IMG/VR virus record: IMGVR_UViG_3300028586_000757
DNA length: 64,000 nucleotides
Source: an uncultured virus (IMG/VR IMGVR_UViG_3300028586_000757)
Taxonomy: Duplodnaviria; Heunggongvirae; Uroviricota; Caudoviricetes
Strand: one strand, 5' to 3'
Positions within the stretch are counted from its first letter, which is position 1; each line of letters starts with the position of its first letter. Below are positions 36,343 to 47,200 of the stretch, one piece after another. Both the position numbers and the translations under genes were made by a program. Under the pieces are notes generated by a model. The model was given only the letters and a program-made list of their open reading frames with translations, made no database searches and was not told the origin of the DNA.

Positions 36343-36960
36343 ATGCGGGAAATCATTTTTAAAGATTCCGGCCCACGCCTCGTTTTCTCGAGCACCGGCA
36401 ACTTGAAGCTGGTTCGTACGGGTCACGATGGGTATGCGGAGCATAATAACGCTACGGAGCTAGTCGGCCGTAAAATTTGCGCCACGCTTAAAGGTGGTAA
36501 CGCTATCTCGGACATGTATCGCATCGCGGAGCCTGAGCTAGTCGGCTTCGTGACGCTGCCGGCAGACACGGGAGCGGTCGAAGCGGTGCTTGGTGTGCAT
36601 CAGCCAGGTGGGCACATGTTTACGTTGAGCGAAGCATATCCAATGGACAGCTCCCTGGTGCTTTCCTCGTTACGAAGCTTCCACGGTGACGTCGCGGCCA
36701 GCGTAGCCTGGGGTAACTTCGCTATCGGCGTTCGCGGCGCGCACGCGGTTCAAGCACTGACGCACCTGTATGCAGCGATTCAAGCCGGGGACGTTGTCGT
36801 GGTACCGTGTGTCAGGTCGCAACGCGACGTTCACGGAGTCGTGCTGGCAAACCTGAAGGAGTTCACCGACGAGGAACGAGCCCTGCTCGATACCGAGCCG
36901 GACCTTTTTCTGAAACAGAGTTTTTCAGCTGCCAAGATTGCAGGCAAGAGCATTGGCTAA
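36343..36960 (+). CDS. Hypothetical protein
   Basis: Motif at 36309-36324; RBS AAGGA. Confidence 0.65.
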   Translation: MREIIFKDSGPRLVFSSTGNLKLVRTGHDGYAEHNNATELVGRKICATLKGGNAISDMYRIAEPELVGFVTLPADTGAVEAVLGVHQPGGHMFTLSEAYPMDSSLVLSSLRSFHGDVAASVAWGNFAIGVRGAHAVQALTHLYAAIQAGDVVVVPCVRSQRDVHGVVLANLKEFTDEERALLDTEPDLFLKQSFSAAKIAGKSIG

Positions 36961-37102
36961 GCGATTGCAATACATTCTCAACCCAGGACACGTCCTGGGT
37001 TTCTTTCGTCAATCGAACTGCAAGAGGTACTTTCGAAAGAATCCGCTCAACCAGCTTCGCAGCCAATTGAGCGGACAGGTAGAGCGGGATATGGTCGCGG
37101 AC

Positions 37103-38422
37103 TTAGCGAATAACGACCTTACCTGGAGTACCGGTGCCGCCAGAGCGAGCACCACCACGCGCCGCAGTGCCGCCCAAATCGGCGTCTGCACTGTTTGCAG
37201 GCGTGGCACCAGCAGCAGCACTGGTGATAGATGCCGAGCTCAAGCCCGTTGCCGTTGACCCGCCGCCCGCACCACCTTCACCGTTGGAGTCGGAGAAGGG
37301 GTAGTTTGAGGAGGCTGCGCCGCCCGTGCAGCCGCCTCCACCACCGCCATTACCACCGCCATCTTGGCTTCCACGGTACGGTGCAGCTGCTCCTGTAGTG
37401 GAGCTGGCAAGTTTGGTCGTCAGGTAGTTGCCATCATTTCCGACGTTCGTTGCGGACAGACCATCTCCGCCGCCGCCGCCGCCACCACCCGCACATGCGA
37501 GAGTCGTGCTGCCAAGCTTAATCTCGGTGCGTCCACCGCCGCCTCCGCCACCACCCGAAGTACCGATACCACCGGCATTCGCGCCGGCGCCGCCCCCATT
37601 GGCCCCACCAGCACCACCGCCGGAAGCCTGCACTGCTGACGTGCCGCCAATGCCGGCTCCGCCAACAGTGATGGTAATAGCTTGGGATGCCGCTGATGCG
37701 TAGGAGCCGCTAACAAAAGAACCGCCGCCACCGGTGCCCGAGTAGTCCGTGCTTCCGTCGTAGCCGCCACCACCTCCGCCGGCTCCCCACGCTTTCATGC
37801 TGAGCGTGAGCGGTACCGAGGGGGTAATGGTCCATGTTCCAGCGGTGGACAGTACCAGCGGACCGTCAACAGCCAGGTTCCACGTCGACTTGCCGGCAAC
37901 GGCCGGGCTAATCGTGAATGTGCGATTGGCCGCAGTGCCCGTAATCGTCAGGCTGTTGGACGCATTGCTGCCCTCAGGCACCACGCCCGCTGCTGAGTAA
38001 TTCCCGACGGCCGCAGGGGTATAGGTGAACTTCACCTGGCAGGAGGTGCCTTTTACGACTGCGTTGCAGGCGGAAAGGTCCGCGGTAACCCCTGCAGTAA
38101 GGTTCAAGACAGATGCCCAACTTGCAGTGGTATCCCCGTCGTTGAACAGCGCCACCGTCTGAGCGGTCGAGGATGCGACTGCGACCGTGCCGAAGCTAGC
38201 CGTCGTAGAGGCCCAGCGGGCGAGGGCAGGAGAAAGCGTTGGAGCAGGAGTTGCCGGCGTAGCGCCCGACGGATTAACCGGTGCGCTTGCCGACGTGAGC
38301 TTCACACCCGGGGCCGGCACGTGGAGTTGATAAGTAGTTGCCGAGGCGAACGCGCTGGCCAGGCAACTTGCGAGCAGAACCGACAGCTTTGCCCGGCTCA
38401 ACCGTGCTGATTTATGACGCAT
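37103..38422 (-). CDS. Secreted protein with an Ig-like domain and Gly-rich C-terminus
   Basis: Signal peptide; FGTVAV..LFNDGD..CQVKFTYTP; WGAGGGGG repeats. Confidence 0.75.
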   Translation of the reverse strand: MRHKSARLSRAKLSVLLASCLASAFASATTYQLHVPAPGVKLTSASAPVNPSGATPATPAPTLSPALARWASTTASFGTVAVASSTAQTVALFNDGDTTASWASVLNLTAGVTADLSACNAVVKGTSCQVKFTYTPAAVGNYSAAGVVPEGSNASNSLTITGTAANRTFTISPAVAGKSTWNLAVDGPLVLSTAGTWTITPSVPLTLSMKAWGAGGGGGGYDGSTDYSGTGGGGSFVSGSYASAASQAITITVGGAGIGGTSAVQASGGGAGGANGGGAGANAGGIGTSGGGGGGGGRTEIKLGSTTLACAGGGGGGGGDGLSATNVGNDGNYLTTKLASSTTGAAAPYRGSQDGGGNGGGGGGCTGGAASSNYPFSDSNGEGGAGGGSTATGLSSASITSAAAGATPANSADADLGGTAARGGARSGGTGTPGKVVIR

Positions 38423-38659
38423 TGAAATCCTTTTTGATTCGTTTTGTAGCGGCGACGCCGCGGTAGAGGGGGCCCGCGGGAAAGGGAGTACCAGGGCTGT
38501 GATTCATGTAGAGAACGCATTCTATTGGTGTGTATGTGAATTTCGTTTTAATTAACGCGCACGAGGGCTTCGTCACATTCGCTAATGTCGGGCATTGGCT
38601 AAGTAGCGGTGCTGTACAGCAGTTAGATTGCAGCCACCCCAACAGAAAAGGAACACTTG

Positions 38660-38917
38660 ATGAACCACGTTCGAACCGGTTTAGTAGCTTTGTTGCTAAT
38701 CGCCGCAGTTCCAGCCTCGGCAGATGATGCTGCAAAGCGGAGCACGTTCGATGTTCAATTCCAAGTTGTCGACACTTGCAAAATTGAGCAGACCGAAGCT
38801 CGCGTTGAGACTCAGTGCACGGGGGCCACGCCCCTCGTCATGCGGAGCGACCAAGGCAAGGGGGTGCAAGTCTCGTCCAGCGCCAGTTTTCAGGAGCAGG
38901 TTCTCGTCTACTTTTAG
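38660..38917 (+). CDS. Small secreted protein, pilin/spore-coat-U-like
   Basis: Signal peptide; FDVQFQVVDTC; terminal aromatic residue. Confidence 0.5.
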   Translation: MNHVRTGLVALLLIAAVPASADDAAKRSTFDVQFQVVDTCKIEQTEARVETQCTGATPLVMRSDQGKGVQVSSSASFQEQVLVYF

Positions 38918-38991
38918 TAGGGCCGTTCCGGTGCGCTGCAACAAACGATAACGTATCTGATGAGGTCCGTCGCTCTTAGAAAGCCTCCTCG

Positions 38992-39010
38992 CTATACCGC
39001 ATAGGTCAAC
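38992..39010 (+). promoter_or_regulatory. Representative CTAYAC-N5-AGGWCA(AC) upstream motif (more than 20 copies in the window)
   Basis: CTATAC CGCAT AGGTCAAC; full site list in findings. Confidence 0.8.
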
Positions 39011-39030
39011 TAATTATCGAGGAGTCACCT

Positions 39031-39624
39031 ATGAATGCAGCACTGAAACCCTACACCGTCATCGGCGTCACCACCAGCAAGGATTGCTCGCGTGTGCACC
39101 TGCATGTCATGGCGCATACGCCGGAAGAGGCTGTCTGCGAAGCCGTCAACGAGCTGAATCACCTCGGTTCCCTGCGCGGAAAAGGCATCGCCGAAACGCT
39201 CAAGGCCGTCATCTACCACACGGAAATCCAACTGCTGGGAGCCGGCGTGTTTGAAGGCCATCTGGACAGCTCCTCGGCCATCCAGGGTGCCCTACTGAGC
39301 GGCCATGAGCGGCCGCACGCGCTGGTCCCAAGCTGCATGGCGATGCTCAAGCCGTTCACCATCGTGACGGTCGACCCGGCTTCCTGTCAGGTAGAATTCC
39401 ACCACCAGCAACACGCCAACGCGAAACTGGCCGAGTGCAATCCCTCGCTCGACTTTTTCCTGATTGGCGGTGTCGTCAAAGGGCATGCTATTCCCGTGCT
39501 CGTCTACCAGACTACGCCTCGTGCCTGGCCGACGTCGCGTGACCAGCGCGTGATGGCGCTGGCCAACCGTTACTCGCTCGACCACCTGCAGCACCTCGGC
39601 TACCACCAGGCTGCTTGCATGTAA
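39031..39624 (+). CDS. Hypothetical protein with internal duplication
   Basis: LKPYTVI and LKPFTIV repeats; motif at 38992-39007. Confidence 0.65.
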   Translation: MNAALKPYTVIGVTTSKDCSRVHLHVMAHTPEEAVCEAVNELNHLGSLRGKGIAETLKAVIYHTEIQLLGAGVFEGHLDSSSAIQGALLSGHERPHALVPSCMAMLKPFTIVTVDPASCQVEFHHQQHANAKLAECNPSLDFFLIGGVVKGHAIPVLVYQTTPRAWPTSRDQRVMALANRYSLDHLQHLGYHQAACM

Positions 39625-39821
39625 GGCTTCACCTTCAGCCCCGGATTCGTTCCGGGGCATTTATTTGGCCACAAGGATTGGCCGGTGCGCGCGAGTGCAT
39701 TGAAGTTCCAGGTGTGACCCTACATTAAAGCGGCTCAGTCCTTGGACAAGAAAGCGTCCAACGAGGGTTTTCGTGTTGGTCTTGCTATACAACGCAGGAC
39801 CAACCTTATAAGGAAATCATC

Positions 39822-40304
39822 ATGCGCAACTACAAATCCATTCGCTTTCTCGCTGCTATCGCCGCTGTGCTGCTCGTTGGCTGTTCCAACTCCACCGATG
39901 CCAAAGACCCGGCTATGTCCCCTGAGACGCAAGCGGGGTACGCGAACAGTCGTATTTTCGTTGCAAAAGAGGGTGAGCCGTTTGAAGTGGAAGGCTGCCG
40001 GGTGCAGCTGCACGCAGTTCGTGTGAATCGTCCAGGGACAATGTCTAATGATATGGTCACCCTGGCCACGGCTAAGTGCCCTACCGCCAACGTCACCGCG
40101 ACACATGAAAACTGCGGTAAGAACTGTGAACAAGATACGATTCGTGTCAAGGCCACTGCGGCCGCTCGAGCACAACGAGAAGACGCGGCCCGACAAGTGG
40201 CCAAGCAAAAGGCCGAGCTCAAGGCCAAGATGAGCCAGCTCGACGATGAGAAGGCCCAGGCCGCTGCACAGCTTGAACAGCTGGAACAATCGCTCCCAGA
40301 CTGA
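39822..40304 (+). CDS. Lipoprotein
   Basis: Lipobox LVGC; paralog of next gene. Confidence 0.75.
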   Translation: MRNYKSIRFLAAIAAVLLVGCSNSTDAKDPAMSPETQAGYANSRIFVAKEGEPFEVEGCRVQLHAVRVNRPGTMSNDMVTLATAKCPTANVTATHENCGKNCEQDTIRVKATAAARAQREDAARQVAKQKAELKAKMSQLDDEKAQAAAQLEQLEQSLPD

Positions 40305-40421
40305 ATCTATTTCGACGCGTCCTTTCGAGGGCGCGTTTTTATGCTCGAAGATGCCCTTGCTGTGATTGTTGGCAAGGCGTGGGCTATACCTGATAGGTTA
40401 ATCACATCAAAGGACATCATC

Positions 40422-40889
40422 ATGCGCAAATTTACTTCCGCCTTTCTGCTTGCCTGCGTTGCACTGCTGAGCGCCTGCGGAAACTCCCGTAGCGTTCCAC
40501 GGGACCCGACTCCAGATGCGGACCAGCGGCTGTACTACGCCAACTCCAAACTGGCGCCGATGACGTACGGGAAGCCACTCAGCCTGGACGGTTGCCAAGT
40601 GCAACTGTACCGAGTTATCGCGACCCACCCTGGCGTCATCGGCAAAGACTTCCTGACGGTGGCCACGGCAACGTGTCCTACCGCGGTGGTGAAGTCGACA
40701 CAGCAAAGCTGTGGCAAGAACTGTGTGCAGGAATCCGTATCGGTGCAGAAACCAGTGCTGGAACCTTCGGGCATCCAGGCGCTCAAGCACCGCAAGGCCG
40801 AACTCAAAGAAGAAATGCGTAAGCTGCAGGCGTCCCAAGCTCGCGCGGCTGCGCAACTGGAAGAGCTGGAGCAGACGCTCCCTAACTAA
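40422..40889 (+). CDS. Lipoprotein (paralog of previous gene)
   Basis: Lipobox LSAC; shared YANS, GCxVQL, CPTA, CGKNC, AAAQLE. Confidence 0.75.
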   Translation: MRKFTSAFLLACVALLSACGNSRSVPRDPTPDADQRLYYANSKLAPMTYGKPLSLDGCQVQLYRVIATHPGVIGKDFLTVATATCPTAVVKSTQQSCGKNCVQESVSVQKPVLEPSGIQALKHRKAELKEEMRKLQASQARAAAQLEELEQTLPN

Positions 40890-41172
40890 ATCCCTTCAAA
40901 GCGTCCTTCCGAGGACGCTTTTTCTTTGGGAAAAAGAAAAAGCCGCCCGTGGGCGGCTTTGTCATGCTATGTCGGAACGGCGCCCGCAGTATCCTTGTTC
41001 ACAAGGAATCCCGAGTCGGAAACACCAACACCACGTTCAGGTAGCTGTTGCTTGTGGCGCTACCCCAGCTACGTGAGCCTCGCCTTCGTGCCACTCCAGC
41101 GGACCCTTCGTCTTCTGCAACATGCACCGTATAGCCGGTGTGCTTAAACGGTTCGTTCCGGCGCCACCCCGG

Positions 41173-41556
41173 TTACTGCGAGCAGGATTTGCCCTGGATG
41201 CCGTGGAAGCCCTGGGCTTTGGCGTCGGCCTCGGCCATGTACTCGCCCTTCTTGGTCTTGCCGTAGTGCTGCGAGCCTTCGCAGTGATAGACCTTGCTCG
41301 AGGTATTCACCCACACCTTGCCCGCACCACCCCCTGGGGCAGGGGCAGTCTGCGCAGTTGCAGCTTTGTCTGCAGTAGCTGGCTTCGCCGGCGCGGTCGC
41401 CGGTGCTACTGCAGCTGCGGGCGCGGCGGCCGGAGTAGCCGCTTGCGTATATGCGGGGGTGTAGGCCGGCGCAACAGGGTTCGGCACGGTGGTTTGTGCG
41501 AATACCGGAGAGGCCATCACGATTGCGATTGCAGCAGTCAGCAGAGCTTTTTTCAT
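41173..41556 (-). CDS. Secreted Ala/Pro-rich protein with a small C-terminal domain
   Basis: Signal peptide; [22 protein letters not shown]. Confidence 0.75.
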   Translation of the reverse strand: MKKALLTAAIAIVMASPVFAQTTVPNPVAPAYTPAYTQAATPAAAPAAAVAPATAPAKPATADKAATAQTAPAPGGGAGKVWVNTSSKVYHCEGSQHYGKTKKGEYMAEADAKAQGFHGIQGKSCSQ

Positions 41557-41742
41557 GTTTTCGGATTCCAGGGAAACTGCACGAAGATACGTGCTTGGGG
41601 CTTTAACGCATTGTTAATGCGCGAAGTTGACATCAGTGTGTAACAAAAGACCACCGATACATCGGTCCAGAGGCAAGAAGGACATTATAGCACTAAATCG
41701 TGGTATAATGTAATCCCCTACATTTTAGACTTTCGGCGCCGT

Positions 41743-42039
41743 ATGATGACGCCGCATGAGGCCATGCAAACCGATAACGAAAAACTGCAGGCATATGCCG
41801 TGGAAATGGGCTTGGCATCGAGCCAGCCGTTCCTGATTGACCAGCTCATCGACTCCCACCGCACTCTGCGGGAGTTCCGTCAGCTGTCCGAGGCAGACCG
41901 GCGTGCCCAAATTACGGCCGCACGGGAGTTTGCAACCAAGCAGGCTATCGAAGAAGTTAAAGGCCTTGGCTGGTTCAGTGTTGAGCGGCTGCGCGGTATG
42001 ACCTTGGCCGAAATCGCTGAACTGATTCACCAAGATTAA
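41743..42039 (+). CDS. Hypothetical protein
   Basis: ORF only. Confidence 0.5.
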   Translation: MMTPHEAMQTDNEKLQAYAVEMGLASSQPFLIDQLIDSHRTLREFRQLSEADRRAQITAAREFATKQAIEEVKGLGWFSVERLRGMTLAEIAELIHQD

Positions 42040-42050
42040 AAGCCCCCGCG

Positions 42051-42434
42051 ATGATGCTAGATTTTTCTCCAAAATTTCACCGCCTAGTCGTGAGTTCCAC
42101 GGCATCCTTGCCGATGTGGGAGCTATCAGCCCCTAATGGTTCCCGGGAAGCATTAAAGGAGCAGGTCCGCCTGGTGGCGGCGGGCTGCATGGTTGCTTGG
42201 CCCGTCGGCGCGACAAACTTCTCCGCGTCAGAAGCGCGGCCGAAGCGGAGCTGGTTCGACGCGGTGGTGGACGATGGGTACGGAATTTTGGCCACCACTA
42301 TTGCATCGTGGCTCATTGACCCATGGCTGGGGGCAGTGTGCGCATTTGTGTGGGTGGTCCTGCAAGGTCGCTACGACCAGTGGAAGCGTCGTCGAACGCA
42401 GCTCGCAGGCCGAAAAGCAGCCAGCCAGCTTTAG
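42051..42434 (+). CDS. Hypothetical membrane protein
   Basis: C-terminal TM segments. Confidence 0.45.
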   Translation: MMLDFSPKFHRLVVSSTASLPMWELSAPNGSREALKEQVRLVAAGCMVAWPVGATNFSASEARPKRSWFDAVVDDGYGILATTIASWLIDPWLGAVCAFVWVVLQGRYDQWKRRRTQLAGRKAASQL

Positions 42435-42544
42435 GCGCAAACATCACACGACAGATAAGGCTCACGCCAGTTTCAAATGAAAACGCCCGCAGGTATGCGG
42501 GCGTCAGGTTAATGGTGGTTCTGTGGGTCTGGGTATGTCTGAGT

Positions 42545-42907
42545 TCACGCGGACATTTCCTCCATGTGGTTGGCTGTCAGCGGACGGCGTTCGTACGTGC
42601 TTTGCCAAGTGCGCTCGTTCTCGTTGTCGAGCGTAACGCTTACCAGGCCAAGCGACACGACCACCTGAACACTCTTCCAGCCGGCATCTTTGCAGGCAGT
42701 CAGGAGTCGTGCTGCTTGGTCGCGGTCAAGCCGGATATCGCAACGAATCAGGTAGAAGCCTCCTACAGCGCGGTGTGCACGGCAACGCGTGCGACGTTCT
42801 GGGTCAGCCAGGATACTGTTGATGTGGACCAGCGCGGCGTCGACAGGGTCGAGTGCGCGGGTGATAGCGTTGACTTCCGAGGGGCTCATCAGCTTTTGGG
42901 TCGTCAT
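42545..42907 (-). CDS. Hypothetical protein (paralog of 43769..44131)
   Basis: PVDAALVHINSILADPERR..VGGFY. Confidence 0.7.
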   Translation of the reverse strand: MTTQKLMSPSEVNAITRALDPVDAALVHINSILADPERRTRCRAHRAVGGFYLIRCDIRLDRDQAARLLTACKDAGWKSVQVVVSLGLVSVTLDNENERTWQSTYERRPLTANHMEEMSA

Positions 42908-43088
42908 GGTTGTCCTCCTACATGGATATTCCTCTTGTGTTGGCCGCAGCTGCGGCAGGATGTAACAGCCGTATATAGCGACTCTTCATACTTTTTCGGA
43001 TGACCCGACAGCACATTTACAGGTTTGGTTAGAATTGGTAATCGGCAGCAGTTTGCTAAAATTTGAGTATTCTAAAAGGTATCTTTCA

Positions 43089-43313
43089 ATGTGGCAGCCA
43101 ATCGAAAAAGCGCCTAAGACCGGTGAAGAGCTGGTCGTGACGGATTTCAAAGGAGCGCCCGAGTTCGCCCGATGGGAGTCCAGCAACCTGTACGTTGAAG
43201 GCGGGTACTGGCGCAATCGCGACAACCGTCGGCGTGAGATGCCTACGCATTTCCTACAGCTACCGCCAGCTCTGCCGTCGGTACCGAGCAAGGTCACACG
43301 AAGCCGCAAATAA
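43089..43313 (+). CDS. DUF551-like phage protein
   Basis: WQPIEKAPKTG...PTHFLQLP. Confidence 0.65.
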   Translation: MWQPIEKAPKTGEELVVTDFKGAPEFARWESSNLYVEGGYWRNRDNRRREMPTHFLQLPPALPSVPSKVTRSRK

Positions 43314-43357
43314 TACGCCCACCGAGGTGGGCGTATGTGGAATGAGGTGCTGTTTTC

Positions 43358-43681
43358 TCAGCAGGCAGCGCCCCTTTGACGAGGCAGGCCATGGATTCTG
43401 CCGCGGACCAGACAGGTTTGCCGTTTGATTCGGGCAGGCGGCCTCGAGATAATGAGTTCTGCGGTGATGTTCGGGTCTAACTGCAGCTCGTAATGCGTGA
43501 GCGTGCCCATGTCCTCGGTCTCATGCGACGCCTTATCCAAGAGCAGACCTTCCGGCTCAATCTTGGCGGGCAGCCCGAAAATGTCGAAACTAACGTCATG
43601 GCTGACGACGACATAATTAGCAGTAGCAAGATTGCCGAACATCTTCTCTAACCAGTAGTTCACCATCGCAGAGTAGGTCAT
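43358..43681 (-). CDS. Hypothetical protein
   Basis: RBS GAGG. Confidence 0.45.
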   Translation of the reverse strand: MTYSAMVNYWLEKMFGNLATANYVVVSHDVSFDIFGLPAKIEPEGLLLDKASHETEDMGTLTHYELQLDPNITAELIISRPPARIKRQTCLVRGRIHGLPRQRGAAC

Positions 43682-43768
43682 GCTGCCCTCAAAATTGCTG
43701 GTCTGTCGGGGTCGTCGAGTACTTCACTGCGATGATACTTGAGGCCGCTTAGCGCACGCTGCGCAAGC

Positions 43769-44131
43769 TCAGAGGGTAATCGCGACGAGCTTGGCCAGGG
43801 GCTTGCCATCGTAGTAGCTGTCCCAGGATGAGGTGCGGCGCGTGTTCAGGCAGACCGATGTACGGTCTTGCCAAACTACAACCTGACCGGTCTCCCATTT
43901 GGCGGCGCGGCAGCGCTCTTGCAGCTCATACGCCTCCTCTGGGGTCAGACGCATGTTCATTGAGATGTGATAGAAGCCGCCGACCGATGCCTCGGCCGTC
44001 GCTGCTTTACGGCGAACGGGGTCGTCCAGCACGCTGTTGATGTGCAGGATTGCAGCCTCGACAGGCTTGAGCACCTTGTCACGGCGACGAACTTGCATGG
44101 GGGTCAGCACTCGCTGGGTGTTTCGGCTCAT
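43769..44131 (-). CDS. Hypothetical protein (paralog of 42545..42907)
   Basis: PVEAAILHINSVLDDPVRR..VGGFY; RBS GAGG. Confidence 0.7.
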   Translation of the reverse strand: MSRNTQRVLTPMQVRRRDKVLKPVEAAILHINSVLDDPVRRKAATAEASVGGFYHISMNMRLTPEEAYELQERCRAAKWETGQVVVWQDRTSVCLNTRRTSSWDSYYDGKPLAKLVAITL

Positions 44132-44249
44132 AGAATTGTCCTCGGATAGATGAGAAGCTGCGATATGCAGGGTCTGGAACTTATAGCCATAAGCACTTTC
44201 GCGGATGTTTCGGTAACAAAAAAGCCCGTGTTCAAGACGGGCCTTTTTG

Positions 44250-47200
44250 TTAATGCAGATTGGTGGGCGGTGTAAAATTGCCCGAGTATAAGGCTTCACC
44301 GCGTACGATGCGCACATCGTCCAGTTGACCTGTATACCCCCAGTCCCACGTTCCTCCTTCCATCGTTCCAATGCCTATTTGCTGCGGTGCCGTCAGGCCG
44401 GCATCAAGCGGAACGTTGGTTGTCTTGGACGCGACCTGCACACCATTGATGTACATTTTGAAAGTGGTACCTGCGCGCGTTACTGCCATATGCGTCCACG
44501 TGTTGAGTGGGATGTTCGCAGGCGACATCAGCATTGGTGAGTCAGCGTTATAGTTGTACACAAAGAAGCAGGCCTTATTGCCACAAGCACTGTGCGCAGT
44601 GGTGATGGTCCACTTGCCGCTACCCCATCGCGAAGTGGCGTAGTTCGAAAGGACCACGGATGCCGAACTAGCAGTAGGCCGCACCCAGGCTTCCATCGTG
44701 AAATCGGTAGTACCGAATGCATATGTGGTCGTCGACGGCGTCACCAGGTAGGACCCCTTGGAAGGAAGGAGTGTGGAGCCGGCGCCATCAATGCGGTTGG
44801 CACTCGTGACAGAAGGGGACCCCACCGCTGAAACCGTGCCGCCTGACGAGTCAGTAGTCACAGTTGACTCCCCTAACAGCATTAGGGTCGTGATGGCTTT
44901 GCCATTACCAGGTAGCGTCAAGGTGCTTGGGCTATTGACTGCACTCGACACTACGCTCAACGTACCAGGTACTGCGCCGGCTACTAACGGTGCGAAGCGG
45001 ATAGTCATTGAGCAGGTGGCATTAACAGCGAGCGAGCCGGGTGCGGCGGCCGAGCCACACGTATTGGCAGTAAGGCTCATGCCCGTTCCGGTAACTGCCG
45101 CGATAACGCCATTCGCGGGAGTATTGCCGACGTTGGCGAACATGAACGAGCGTGAGACCGCTTCGCCAGCTGCTACATCACCGAAGTTGCTGTCGGTATC
45201 TGCAGTGAGCTTACCTTGAGCTTGAATCCCGACTCCATTGACCGCAAGGGCTTGTGCTCCATTGGTGGCGCTCGACCGGACAATCAATTCGCCAACAGAT
45301 GCTCCACTAACTTGCGGTGCGAATTGAACCGTCATTGCGCAGCTGGCACCTGCAACCAGCGACACCGGCGCTGCTGCTGTCCCGCATGAACTGGCTAGGA
45401 GACTAAGGTCCGTTCCAGAGATACCTGCGTTGACGTTTACGGCAGCTTTCGTACCGGTGTTGCTGAACGTGAACTTACGCTGTGCTGTAGAGCCTACTTT
45501 TACGTCGCCGAAGTCTGCCGAGGAGTCTGCAGTCAACTGCGCGAGCGCGCCCATACCTTTGCCGGTCAGGTCGAAATAGAACTTACCGTGGGTGCTTAGT
45601 AAGGCTATGCCACCCGTACGGGGGCCCACCGCGGAAGGGGCAAACGTTAGCGAGATAGTGCAGGACGCGCCAGGAGCCAGAACCGGACCGCAGTTATTAG
45701 TCTCGGTAAAGTCAGTCAGACCCGTCACCCGGGAGATGCCCTGGATAGTGAGAGGGCCGTTGCCCTTGTTGCTGAACACAAGATTTCGGATTGCGCTGGT
45801 CGCACCCATGTCGGTGTTCAAAAAATTGATGCTGTAGTGCGTGTACCCGTCCGAGGTAGGCGCGCCAGGTGTCACGTCGTCTGAGGGGTCGATAGCGGGT
45901 GCTGGCTCGGTGCCAATTCCGGACAAGCTTACCCGATAGGTGCCCATGGGGCTCGTGACCGACCAAATGCCGCTACGTTCGCCGGCCGCCGATGGCAGGA
46001 ACTGGATGGTTACTGCACAGCTAGCACCGGATGCGAGGGTCGTGCCGCAGTCAGTTGATTGTGTGAAATCGGTACCGGCCTGGCTGATGCCCATGGCCGA
46101 GAGCGCAGCGACATCAGAGGACTGATTGGTCAGCGTGAAGCGGGCGGGTGACGCCAGTTGACCTACGTTGGTCGCAGGGAAAGGTACAGAGACCGTCGAT
46201 AGTTTTAGTTGTGGGGTCTCCGCACGGCCACCCAGCCCAACGTTGTATGTGCCGAAGGACGTAACCAGGGAAAGAGCGCCTGCACGTTGACCGGGCAGTG
46301 TCGGGGCGAACTGGACGTTGACCGTGCAACTCGTGCCAGGGCCTAGGTCAGTGCCGCAGTTGTTCGACTGCCCAAATTCTGAAGCGGACTGACTGACGCC
46401 TAGGCCCGTGACGGCTGCGGGGTATTCCGTAACATTACGGACAATCAGGCTGAGCGGATTAGACAGCTGGCCAACGTAAGTCTCAGGGAAGTTCAGATTC
46501 CACGAAGACAGGTCTAGCTGCGGGTTGACGCCAGAGCCGGACAGGCCGACGTGGGCAACAGACGAACCATTAGATGTCACCACGATGTCGCCGGCATGGG
46601 CTGCGGTGGTGTTAGCACTAACCCCGATGGGCGCGTATCGAACACTAAGAGTGCACGACGCACCTCCAAGGAGCGAAGGTCCACAGCTGTTAGATTGGCT
46701 AAATTGGTCTCGGCCGGCGTTGACGCCGATGCTATTTATCGAAACGGGGGATTGCCCGTTATTGGTCAGCGTAACGGACTGGACCGGGGAAGATGTTCCA
46801 ACGCGCGTAGCCGGGAAACTCAGGCTCGAAGGGGACGTCGACAATTTAACTGCTGTACCGACGACATTTACGGTTGCGGCGCCTCCGTTAGCAGAGCGCA
46901 CTTGGAAGCTGGTGCTGACGGCACCGTCATTGGTTGGAGCGTACTGCAACCTCAACGTACAGCCCTTAGCAGGTGCCAGCGTCTCTACGCAATCGCCATA
47001 GCCGACAGCCAGTCGGCTGTCCGTGTTCACTACCGACAGGCCCGTCAACGGCATATTACCGCTATTGGCCAAACTTACCGATTGAACTGCGCTAGTGCCC
47101 GGAAGGACAACTGCGCCTAGCTGTAGCGTGGAGGGGCCTACGGCCAGCACTGCCGACTGACTGGTGCCAGTTAAGGGCAACAGGGCTTGCATGCTGTTCG

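Noticed and set aside
37200..37790. GCC/CCG-rich low-complexity repeats
   Set aside because: Explained by poly-Gly coding sequence.
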